Under the pieces are notes generated by a model that saw only the letters and a program-made list of their open reading frames with translations, was not told the origin of the DNA and ran no database searches. Source: Candidatus Woesearchaeota archaeon (GTDB lineage Archaea > Nanobdellota > Nanobdellia > Woesearchaeales > 21-14-0-10-32-9). Taken from it: DNA of 64,000 bases. Position 1 is the first letter of the stretch. The number at the start of each line of letters is the position of its first letter. The stretch spans positions 78,261-142,260 of the forward strand of contig JBLKOK010000001.1 of NCBI GenBank assembly GCA_047602735.1, in the 5' to 3' direction. The translations under genes and the position numbers were made by a program. Of this stretch, positions 37,260-45,854 are shown in pieces.

Positions 37260-37306
37260 AAAAGTAAAATTATAAATAAAAAACATATTTACTTAATAGT
37301 GATAAT

Positions 37307-38527
37307 ATGATTGTTAACTTAGAAAACAATATACTAAAAAAGAATTTTTCTAATAAAAAACTGGTTTGTTCAGATATAAATACTAGTTATAGCCCTAAAA
37401 AAATTTATGATAGAGAAAGCCTAGAAAATAATGAGCACGTACATAGAGCAATACTTAAGCTTATAGGAAAAAAAGAAAACAAAGGATTAGAAACTAAACT
37501 AGAAAGAACAAAAACTAAACTAGAAGAAGCAAAGAATACTATAAATGAATTAATAGAAACAGAAATAAAATTAAAAAAAATAAATGAAACATATCAACAA
37601 GAACCAAAAAATGCGACTTTTATGTTAGATCAATATAAAGAATTTATAACCGAACTAAGAGAAAACGAGACAGTTAATAATTATTATGAAGAAATAAACG
37701 TTTTAGAAAAAAAATTTATTGGAATGATAAATTCACCTAGAAAAGAGAAAAACATTAACAGAGCAAAAACAGAAGGAATAAAAAGAAAATTATATGGCTT
37801 TTTGAAAAAACAAAATAAATTTAAAACCCACCAATATATGAAAAAAATAACAAAAGAAGTATATACTTACAAAAACGACTTCGAGCTTCTAATGGACTAC
37901 GAAGATAATAAAATAAACTTTGAAAAACCAACAAAAATATTTTCTAAAACAAAAAAACAAATTAAAGAAGAATTAAGAATAATAGAGAAAGAAAAAAAAG
38001 AACTATCAAAAATAGTAGAAGAAACAAAAAAAGAAAAAAAAGAATATGAAAAGGAAAAGCAAGATTTTTTTGATATAAACATAAAAAAAGAACTTAACAA
38101 CTTAGGATACATACAACTTTTAACCTTGTATAAAGAAAATGTTAATGGGGAAGAAAAAAGATATATAGGTAATGAAAAGTTAGATGAAAAACAAACCAGA
38201 GGCTTAATAGAAATAGACTCAGAATTAAATATAACATATACTTCATTTGAAGGAGAAACAATTAATACAAATAGAAAGCTTCTAGGACTTATATATACAC
38301 CTAGTCTAAGATATAATATAAGCGAATATGAAATAGGACAAAAAAACTATGAACGCGGAGACGTAATAGAATACCCAGATATATTTAATGAAGAATATGC
38401 TAAAAACATAAAATTAAGCGAGGTTTTAATAAATGAGTTAGAACTAGGAAGAGTAATAGTTTCTTATGATCAAAAAACAAAAGAATATTTCTTAGAAGGA
38501 AAAATAATTGATAAAATCCTAAACTAA
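37307..38527 (+). CDS. Hypothetical Lys/Glu-rich coiled-coil protein (406 aa)
   Basis: ORF only. Confidence 0.5.
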   Translation: MIVNLENNILKKNFSNKKLVCSDINTSYSPKKIYDRESLENNEHVHRAILKLIGKKENKGLETKLERTKTKLEEAKNTINELIETEIKLKKINETYQQEPKNATFMLDQYKEFITELRENETVNNYYEEINVLEKKFIGMINSPRKEKNINRAKTEGIKRKLYGFLKKQNKFKTHQYMKKITKEVYTYKNDFELLMDYEDNKINFEKPTKIFSKTKKQIKEELRIIEKEKKELSKIVEETKKEKKEYEKEKQDFFDINIKKELNNLGYIQLLTLYKENVNGEEKRYIGNEKLDEKQTRGLIEIDSELNITYTSFEGETINTNRKLLGLIYTPSLRYNISEYEIGQKNYERGDVIEYPDIFNEEYAKNIKLSEVLINELELGRVIVSYDQKTKEYFLEGKIIDKILN

Positions 38528-38555
38528 TATAAATTAGTAAATATTTCTAATCGGT

Positions 38556-39515
38556 ATGGATTCGAACGCTATATGGACTGAAAAATACAGACCACAAAAA
38601 TTCTCAGAAGTAAAAGGACAACAAGAAATAGTAAAAAGAGTAGAAGCATTTGTTAAACAAAAAAACTTACCACACTTATTACTTGCAGGTCCGCCAGGCG
38701 TTGGAAAAACTACTCTTTCACTTGTAATAGTAAAAGAGATGTATGGAGATTCATGGAGAGAAAACTTCTTAGAACTTAACGCATCAGATGAGAGAGGAAT
38801 AGATATAGTAAGACAAAAAGTTAAAGACTTTGCAAGAACAAAAAGCATAGGCGATGTTCCTTTTAAAATAATATACTTAGACGAAAGTGATGCTTTAACA
38901 AAAGAAGCGCAACAAGCACTTAGAAGAACAATGGAGAACTACACAACTACTTGTAGATTTATTCTTAGCTGTAATTACTCAAGTAAGATATTAGAACCAA
39001 TACAAAGTAGATGTACTATTTTTAGATTTAAACCACTTAGCAAAGAATCAATATATGAAATAATAGATTCAATTGTTAAAAACGAAAACTTAACAATAGA
39101 TGAAGAAGCAAAAGAAGCATTGTACTATGTGTCAGGAGGAGATGTTAGAAAGCTTGAAAACGTACTTCAAAGCTGTGCAGCAATAACAAAAGATATCAAC
39201 AAAAATACTATTTATGGAATTAGCAGCTTTGCAGAACCAGTAGAGATTAGAGAAGTTCTTAAAAGATGTATAAATCAAGATTTTCAAGGAGCAAAAAAGA
39301 AGTTACTAGACACTATGCTAAACCAAGGATTATCAGGTATAGATGTTATAAAACAACTTCAAAAAGAAGCATGGAATAGTGAAGCAGACGATCAAATAAA
39401 GCTTGAAATGGTAAAGATGTGTGGAGAAGTAGAATTTAGATTAATAGAAGGCAGTGACGAATTCATACAATTAGAAAGCTTACTTGCAAAATTTGTTTTG
39501 ATAAATAAAAAATAA
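38556..39515 (+). CDS. rfcS: Replication factor C small subunit
   Basis: WTEKYRPQKFSEVKGQ, LLLAGPPGVGKTT, the DESD Walker B and SRC (QSRCTIFRF). Confidence 0.95.
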   Translation: MDSNAIWTEKYRPQKFSEVKGQQEIVKRVEAFVKQKNLPHLLLAGPPGVGKTTLSLVIVKEMYGDSWRENFLELNASDERGIDIVRQKVKDFARTKSIGDVPFKIIYLDESDALTKEAQQALRRTMENYTTTCRFILSCNYSSKILEPIQSRCTIFRFKPLSKESIYEIIDSIVKNENLTIDEEAKEALYYVSGGDVRKLENVLQSCAAITKDINKNTIYGISSFAEPVEIREVLKRCINQDFQGAKKKLLDTMLNQGLSGIDVIKQLQKEAWNSEADDQIKLEMVKMCGEVEFRLIEGSDEFIQLESLLAKFVLINKK

Positions 39516-39531
39516 AAAGAAAAGAAAAAAA

Positions 39532-40470
39532 TTAGTTTCTTTCAACTATCACATTCTTTTGAATGTTTTCGTTGTAGTCATAAACAAGTTCTATGTTAAA
39601 AGGTTGTATCCTTGGACTTCTTTCACTAAACGAAATATCACAAGTTATATCAACAACCCCTTGATCACTTAAAACTATGTATCCTTCACTCGGATTAGCA
39701 CCCTCTCTTAATCCTCTACAACTAACTTCTTCTCCTTGAGCTGAACTAAAGCCAGATACTCTTAAGAAAATTCTGTCATTTCTTCTAGCATCACTTGCAC
39801 AACTGTAACCAGTTTCAAATACTCTTCCCTGGTCTCTGTTTTCAATTGTGAAACTAACTCTTGTTCTATCACTACCCGCAGCAGATTGAGTCATCCTAGT
39901 TATTTGTATAGGTGCAGCACTATTAAAGACTTGTCTGCTTGCTGAAACAGTACAAATATCACCTGTTCTATCTCTTCTAAAATCTTCCTTTACACAAACA
40001 CTCGTAGATACCTGAGTTGAATATTTATAACAAATATCTGCTCTTACAGGAAAAGCCTGATTTCCTTGAACAATATTTTGATAAGCAAAATCATTAAACT
40101 CTACTTCTACAGGTACACTACTAACTATGCTCCCATCAGGGTTTTTAAGATTTCTTTCTATTAATTCTGGACTGTTAGAAGTTAAATCAGCAACATTTCT
40201 TCCAAACTGAGAAGCAGGAAATCCACTGATTGTTACAAGAACATCTTTTGGTTCAACATCAGCTTCACCCCTATTTGTAACTTTTACAATTATGTCAAAA
40301 GGGTCCTCTCCACCGTCACTAACTGTTGCAGGCGGAAAACTATCTACAAAAGAAATTTTCAAACCTTGCGTTCCTCCAATAAACGGAGTCGTACTATCAA
40401 ATCCCGTGTTTGACTCACAAGCTGCAAGTAAAAGCAGCATCGCCGTCAATATAATAAACATTTTTTTCAT
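39532..40470 (-). CDS. Secreted Cys-rich lipobox protein, paralogue 3 of the surface-protein operon
   Basis: The signal peptide ends in LLLAAC. It has 6 further Cys and shares motifs with 40493..41803 and 41832..42809 (CYKYSTQVSTSVCV, AAPIQIT, FTIENRDQGRVFE, ELVYDYNENIQKNVIVER). Confidence 0.75.
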   Translation of the reverse strand: MKKMFIILTAMLLLLAACESNTGFDSTTPFIGGTQGLKISFVDSFPPATVSDGGEDPFDIIVKVTNRGEADVEPKDVLVTISGFPASQFGRNVADLTSNSPELIERNLKNPDGSIVSSVPVEVEFNDFAYQNIVQGNQAFPVRADICYKYSTQVSTSVCVKEDFRRDRTGDICTVSASRQVFNSAAPIQITRMTQSAAGSDRTRVSFTIENRDQGRVFETGYSCASDARRNDRIFLRVSGFSSAQGEEVSCRGLREGANPSEGYIVLSDQGVVDITCDISFSERSPRIQPFNIELVYDYNENIQKNVIVERN

Positions 40471-40492
40471 TTTTTACCTCCTAAAGTAATTG

Positions 40493-41803
40493 TTAACTTA
40501 ATCTCCTTACGCGCAGATTATTATTAATATTTTGCTCATAACCATACCAAAGCTCCATTCTAAGAGGAGTAACATAAGCACTTCCACTTATAAATTCATC
40601 TGCAAAATTATAAGTACAAGTAAATCTACCAACCCCATTATTTAATCTTATGGTTCTTTGAGTACAATCTATGAATGTATCATCTATCATTACAAACCCA
40701 ACATAAACTACATCATGATGATTTCTACCAGTTCCAGTTTCTGGATAATAAGGACTGCAACGCTCAAGGCTTCCAACCTCCCAAACACGTCCGTTACCAA
40801 CATTTCTTACTTCAAAATCCATCACTACACTTCTCCCAGTGTTTCTTTGACTAACTCTTGTAACTGCAACAGGAGCACCTTGATTACTCATAGCTATATC
40901 TTGATTAGCCCTACAAACACCCCTATCACCACTCCAAGGATCAGGATCTACACAAATCATAGGACTAACAAAAGTAGTATATGCATAACAGCTTCTTACC
41001 TGATAAGGAATATTTATTTCATCAGTCCCACTAGGCCAACTACCCTTCATTTGAACTAAAAATTGTTTATAATCATCTCCACCACCTGGAAACTCAGGAT
41101 TATCCCCTCTTAAAGTATAAGTCATACCATTTAAATTTTCAAAATTAAAATTGCCATATATTAAAGACATTAAAAGCTTACCATGATATAAAGTATTTAA
41201 TTGAAAACCATCCAAAGCAAGATTAAAACCCCAATGATTGCCTGTTTGTTGAATTCCAACCCTAACTCCTTCAGGAAGATCCCATCCAAATGCTCTATTC
41301 ATTTGACTAAAATCAAAATTAATTGTTCTTCTATCACCCGCTCCCCTAACACCTATACCACCACAATTTAAATTAAAATTAGGTAAAGGACCAAAAGAAC
41401 CAAAACTAAAACCACAACTATCACCAAAACCTCTTATATTAATAGGTAACTCAGTTCCATCCCCGTATATCCTTGTGACTTCAAAAGTAGGACCAAAACC
41501 AGATAAAAACACAGCTCCATAAGCATCACTCGCACCCCTATTATGAACCCTAACATTTAATTGAATTGCATTACCATCTCTTGTGTTAGTAGCATCTATA
41601 GATCTGTAATAAAGCATGTTTGGAGGCCTATCCAAAATTATGTCAACTCCCTGGGTGCCCGTATAATATCTACAATTTTGACCCTCAGCACAAGCAACAG
41701 CTCTATCAGCACCAAAACCACCACAACCAGCTATAAAAAGTAACGAAACTAATAATACAGGTAATAAAAATTTATTTTTCATAGTAAGTATACTCATAAA
41801 CAT
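40493..41803 (-). CDS. Secreted Cys-rich lipobox protein, paralogue 2 (Gly/Asn-rich insert)
   Basis: The likely start is MKNKFLL (41782). Lipobox FIAGC; 10 further Cys. Motifs are CYAYTTFVSPMICV, GAPVAVT, FEVRNVGNGRVWE and ELWYGYEQNINNNLRVRR. Confidence 0.75.
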   Translation of the reverse strand: MFMSILTMKNKFLLPVLLVSLLFIAGCGGFGADRAVACAEGQNCRYYTGTQGVDIILDRPPNMLYYRSIDATNTRDGNAIQLNVRVHNRGASDAYGAVFLSGFGPTFEVTRIYGDGTELPINIRGFGDSCGFSFGSFGPLPNFNLNCGGIGVRGAGDRRTINFDFSQMNRAFGWDLPEGVRVGIQQTGNHWGFNLALDGFQLNTLYHGKLLMSLIYGNFNFENLNGMTYTLRGDNPEFPGGGDDYKQFLVQMKGSWPSGTDEINIPYQVRSCYAYTTFVSPMICVDPDPWSGDRGVCRANQDIAMSNQGAPVAVTRVSQRNTGRSVVMDFEVRNVGNGRVWEVGSLERCSPYYPETGTGRNHHDVVYVGFVMIDDTFIDCTQRTIRLNNGVGRFTCTYNFADEFISGSAYVTPLRMELWYGYEQNINNNLRVRRLS

Positions 41804-41831
41804 AGTATTTAAAAGTTACCATTTTTAGAAG

Positions 41832-42809
41832 CTAATTTCTTCTTATTTCTACTTGTTTTGAAGTTTGGTCTAAATAATAATAATCAAGCCAAACAGTTAA
41901 AACATCTTGATAACTGCTTGAAGCCCCGAATAAATCATCTTCTTGAACAACACACCTAACTCTCGCCTGATTATTTCTAAGAATAACAGGGTTTGGAGTG
42001 CAATCAAGCTTTATCCCTAGTAATTCAGCCTCTACTTTTATTTCACCAAGAATCCTGTCTGAGCTAGCAGTACAAGCACCTAACCCTTTATCAGTTCCAA
42101 AAACTAAGCCTTGGCCTAAGTTTCTTATAGTTATCTCAAAACTAGGTTGTAAAAGCATAAGTCTTGCTTCAACAACTTCAGAGCCAATTCGCCTTAAATT
42201 ACCATCTTCATCTAAATAAGACCTAGCAGTATCTTGACTTGAAGAAATAAAACCTCTTGGAATAACAGTAGGTTCAATACTTGTTATACCCACAGGAGCT
42301 CCTTGACCTGAATAAGAATGCATAGTTCTTGATCTACAAACACTATTTCTTTGAGTTCCAAATAAATCACTATCTATACAAAAGAAATCTGTGAGTATCG
42401 TAGTGTAAGGATAACAAGTAGATACAGAAATAGAAGTTCTGACTGTCTCTCTTGAACCAGTAATTGATCTTACTTGAAGATTTTCCAAATCACTAATAAA
42501 ACCCATTTCTCCAAAAGGATAATCAGGCTGCTTACCCAATAATTCAAACTCTTCTATTATCTTCCCAGAACCAGTAAAATAAAAAGTATCATACTCAAAA
42601 ATTACTTTGCCGTTTGTATCAAAAGCACCTCTGTTATATACGTTTGCACCAAGCATAAAAGGAGTGTCTTCATAAATTGTAACAGGAGGAGTGTTTTGAG
42701 CAAAACTTGCAACAACCCCCTCTCTTCCCTGAAAATAATTAACCTCACTAAATGAAGGTTGAGAACAAGCCGCAAGTATTAGCAAAACTAATAATAAATA
42801 CCTCATCAT
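41832..42809 (-). CDS. Secreted Cys-rich lipobox protein, paralogue 1
   Basis: Lipobox ILAAC; 6 further Cys. Motifs are CYPYTTILTDFFCI, GAPVGIT, ITIRNLGQGLVFG and VWLDYYYLDQTSKQVEIRR. Its ATG overlaps the upstream stop (ATGA). Confidence 0.75.
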   Translation of the reverse strand: MMRYLLLVLLILAACSQPSFSEVNYFQGREGVVASFAQNTPPVTIYEDTPFMLGANVYNRGAFDTNGKVIFEYDTFYFTGSGKIIEEFELLGKQPDYPFGEMGFISDLENLQVRSITGSRETVRTSISVSTCYPYTTILTDFFCIDSDLFGTQRNSVCRSRTMHSYSGQGAPVGITSIEPTVIPRGFISSSQDTARSYLDEDGNLRRIGSEVVEARLMLLQPSFEITIRNLGQGLVFGTDKGLGACTASSDRILGEIKVEAELLGIKLDCTPNPVILRNNQARVRCVVQEDDLFGASSSYQDVLTVWLDYYYLDQTSKQVEIRRN

Positions 42810-44650
42810 GAGCTACCACCTGGAAGTCTTAAAACATTAATATCAGTTCTAGAAGTTAATTGATAATCATAACTAACTTCAGCAAAAATAGTTACCGGTC
42901 TTACACCAGAACTTGAAATTTGATCAACACTTCTATCGTTAATTTTTGCATTACAACTTACAGCTAAGAAATTAATATCAGAATCAAAATCATAACTGTA
43001 AATAACATAGTTTTGATCTGGATCAGTACCTTGTCTAGTGAGAGGAATAGTACATTGGTTACCTTCAAAACTTATAGCTTCAGGAACTCTTGTTTCAAAG
43101 TTGTTTATCCTTGTTATTTCTCCCCTTAATTGATTATTTCTAATACCAAAATCTAGAGCAAAGAAAGTATCTCTATCATCAAATGTAGGTATTGGCATAG
43201 TTACAGATTCATTCATACCTAAAAATACAGGCCCATTAGTATAAATATTTGTTGGCCTTAAAGGAATTCTATGTCTTTGATTCCAAGTTTGCCTTGAAGC
43301 TTCTTCTAAAGTAGATCTTGGAACAAAATAATAAGTACTATAAGCACTTGTTTTAAAGTTAAACCTAGCATCTAACCTAGCGCTAAATCTTCCCGCACTT
43401 ATATTCATATCCTCAAAATCACAAAATATTCTTCTATCCTCAAAGTCAGAAACATTTATACTCGGAGGAGTTGTAGTCCCCATAACTTCTCTTCCATTCC
43501 TATCCGTCAACGAACAGAAAAATTCAACTTCTACGTTATCAATATAAGATCTTACTTGGAAATCAGCAAATACTCGTATAGGTTGATTTTCATAAAAAGT
43601 ACTAGCAGGTCTTAAGTTATCTAAAAACACCCCTGAACGCTCCCTAGTATTCTCTACTTGAGCAGCATATCCTCTACCAAGAGTTTCATTAAGTCTTGCA
43701 TCTACAGCACCAGTTATAGCCCCATAAGTATTTTTTATATTATCAGTTATAGCAGACAAAGCACTAGATAAATATTCTCTTCCATCCCCAATAACTTCAT
43801 CTGTATCTAATCCTTGTGCAGAACCAACTTCTCCAATAGTTCCTGAAAATGAATTTAACATTAAAAACAAAGCAATAGTTATCATCGCCGCCAAATAAAA
43901 TAAACTAGCCCTCCCTAAGAAGCCTTGATTTATTTGTTTTGCAAATACTAAGTATAAAACCCAAACAGGTATAAACATAAATGCAACATTTAACTGACTT
44001 ATTATTACTTGATCAATAGGAAGCATACTAAACAACCTGCCTATCTGCGGAATAATAAATAACGGAAATAAACTAACAAAAAAGAATTCTTTTAATGCGA
44101 CACCTTTATCCATTTTAATTAATGCTAAACCCGCTAAAGATAATAACATGTAAAGAAATATTCTTTGCATAATCGTAATGGTATCAATTCTAAAACCAAA
44201 ATATAAAAAATCTATAATGTGAACAAGTATAGCTAATGCTAAAAGTATTTGACCTCCTCCCTGATTATTTTCTTCAGGATTATAATCTGATTTTTTAAGT
44301 AACCAACTAAGTCCAGCACCTATAGCCGCTCCAGCACCTACAGCTAATTTTTTAGATCTTAAAGCAGATTGATTATTAGGAGCTTGAGGACTATTTTGAT
44401 TATTAGCTTGATTGTTTTGCTGAGACTGACTTAACTGACTTTGCAACCTACTAACTCTTTGTTCTAATTCTTTTAAATGATCTTCAGATGCTTTTTTAGC
44501 ATCACCCTCTAATGACTCATGACGCTTACTTGCAATACTATGAGCTATTTTAGCAGACTGAAGCATACTCATAATTTTTTCTTCGCTACCTATTGCAGCA
44601 GATCTTGTTCTCATATCAGCACCCGCTCTAGCAAGTAATTGCCAGACCAT
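42806..44650 (-). CDS. Polytopic membrane protein with a cytoplasmic coiled-coil/QN-rich N-terminus and a large ectodomain related to the lipobox paralogues
   Basis: 614 aa, with about six hydrophobic segments (residues ~100-270). The C-terminal 330 aa contain FGIRNNQLRGEI and a terminal EVSYDYQLTSRTDINVLR resembling the paralogue signatures. The ectodomain has 4 Cys. Confidence 0.7.
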   Translation of the reverse strand: MVWQLLARAGADMRTRSAAIGSEEKIMSMLQSAKIAHSIASKRHESLEGDAKKASEDHLKELEQRVSRLQSQLSQSQQNNQANNQNSPQAPNNQSALRSKKLAVGAGAAIGAGLSWLLKKSDYNPEENNQGGGQILLALAILVHIIDFLYFGFRIDTITIMQRIFLYMLLSLAGLALIKMDKGVALKEFFFVSLFPLFIIPQIGRLFSMLPIDQVIISQLNVAFMFIPVWVLYLVFAKQINQGFLGRASLFYLAAMITIALFLMLNSFSGTIGEVGSAQGLDTDEVIGDGREYLSSALSAITDNIKNTYGAITGAVDARLNETLGRGYAAQVENTRERSGVFLDNLRPASTFYENQPIRVFADFQVRSYIDNVEVEFFCSLTDRNGREVMGTTTPPSINVSDFEDRRIFCDFEDMNISAGRFSARLDARFNFKTSAYSTYYFVPRSTLEEASRQTWNQRHRIPLRPTNIYTNGPVFLGMNESVTMPIPTFDDRDTFFALDFGIRNNQLRGEITRINNFETRVPEAISFEGNQCTIPLTRQGTDPDQNYVIYSYDFDSDINFLAVSCNAKINDRSVDQISSSGVRPVTIFAEVSYDYQLTSRTDINVLRLPGGSS

Positions 44651-44651
44651 T

Positions 44652-45818
44652 TTATTTTAACTCAACTTTGAGCTCAGTTATATCCACAGTTTGAAGAGCT
44701 CTAACTTCTAATGAATTAGAACCTGGAACTAAATAAGACGAAACATCTCTTGTAAACACAGAATCTGCAACGTTTACAGATATAAATCTGCCATTAAGGA
44801 ATATTTCCAATCTTTTCCTGTCTGGATTTGTAAACCTTAAATTTAGCTCAGCCTCTCTATTTTGTCTTAAGGTTTCATTTTCATAAAAATACTTTTCATC
44901 AACATCAAAAATAAAAAGAGGGTTATCCGGTATTTCTAATCTTTTAAGTAATCTAAGTTGATCTATTGTTATAGTTCCATCATCAATACTAAACTCTAAA
45001 TAATTTACCCCTGGATATAAGTCTTCTCTAGATAAACTTATATGATTAAAAATATTACAATCAGGAATTCCTCTAAATACCGTGTTATGATTTACTTTTA
45101 TCTCAAAGTTGCTTACTTGCCCAGGATTACAAGTTGCTAAGTATCTTAATCTTGCAGTACTTAACAAAACTGCGTCTCTTTCAGATAAACTCATAGTTTG
45201 AGTGTTAAAAGATCTAGTTATATCAGTTACGTCACCAACCACTCTTAGATTTGAGATGTCGTAATAATTGTATGACCAAAATACTAAACCAGGACTAGAA
45301 ACTAAAAATTTTAATGTGTTTGAATTTCTAAGATCTGAATTATCAATGTATATAGGAGGACTATTCCCATCTATTTCTCCAAAGAAAATTCTTTTATCAT
45401 TTAGCAATACTTCTAATCTTCCCTTACCAACTGCGTTGAACGTGACTATTAAGTCTTCAGCTAACTCAGGATTTATATTAAAAGTCAAAGTATCATCTAT
45501 ATTATCAAATAAACTGTTTTTTACATATAAATTAGATTTACTAGCAACAACCTCCGCAGAAGTAAGAGTTCTCAAATTAAAACTTTGAAGATCTAAACCT
45601 AATTCTGAATCTGGAACAAAATTTAACCTACCAATAAATTCATCAACAAGAACTAGAGGTCTTGACGCAGAAGGCTCAGTAGAAGAATCACCATTATTTA
45701 ATAATGCTTCTCTGTCTGCTGGAGGTAAAAACAATATATATAAGACTATAACAACAGTTATAACAATAAGAGTTATAGCCGCACTATTTGCACTAGATTG
45801 AGCTTTTTTGAATTTCAT
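44652..45818 (-). CDS. Prepilin-like (class III signal-like) surface protein with three internal beta-sandwich-like repeats
   Basis: The N-terminus is MKFKKAQSSANSAAITLIVITVVIVLYILF (basic residues, A/Q, then a hydrophobic helix). Three segments share the pattern LE[VI]xLN...F...G.N.L.F...I..L.V. Confidence 0.65.
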   Translation of the reverse strand: MKFKKAQSSANSAAITLIVITVVIVLYILFLPPADREALLNNGDSSTEPSASRPLVLVDEFIGRLNFVPDSELGLDLQSFNLRTLTSAEVVASKSNLYVKNSLFDNIDDTLTFNINPELAEDLIVTFNAVGKGRLEVLLNDKRIFFGEIDGNSPPIYIDNSDLRNSNTLKFLVSSPGLVFWSYNYYDISNLRVVGDVTDITRSFNTQTMSLSERDAVLLSTARLRYLATCNPGQVSNFEIKVNHNTVFRGIPDCNIFNHISLSREDLYPGVNYLEFSIDDGTITIDQLRLLKRLEIPDNPLFIFDVDEKYFYENETLRQNREAELNLRFTNPDRKRLEIFLNGRFISVNVADSVFTRDVSSYLVPGSNSLEVRALQTVDITELKVELK

Positions 45819-45840
45819 AACATATTTAATTGACGAAAGT

Positions 45841-45849
45841 ATATATAAA
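45841..45849 (-). promoter_or_regulatory. TATA box candidate for the surface-protein operon
   Basis: The minus strand reads CTTTATATATAC, centred about 27 nt upstream of the ATG at 45818. This would give a leaderless or near-leaderless transcript. Confidence 0.4.
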
Positions 45850-45854
45850 GATTA

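Noticed and set aside
37307-38527. Lys/Glu-rich 406-aa ORF as a repeat protein or novel system component
   Set aside because: I could not trace exact or periodic repeats. The low complexity is consistent with the extreme AT and Lys bias of the genome. It is kept as a hypothetical protein only.
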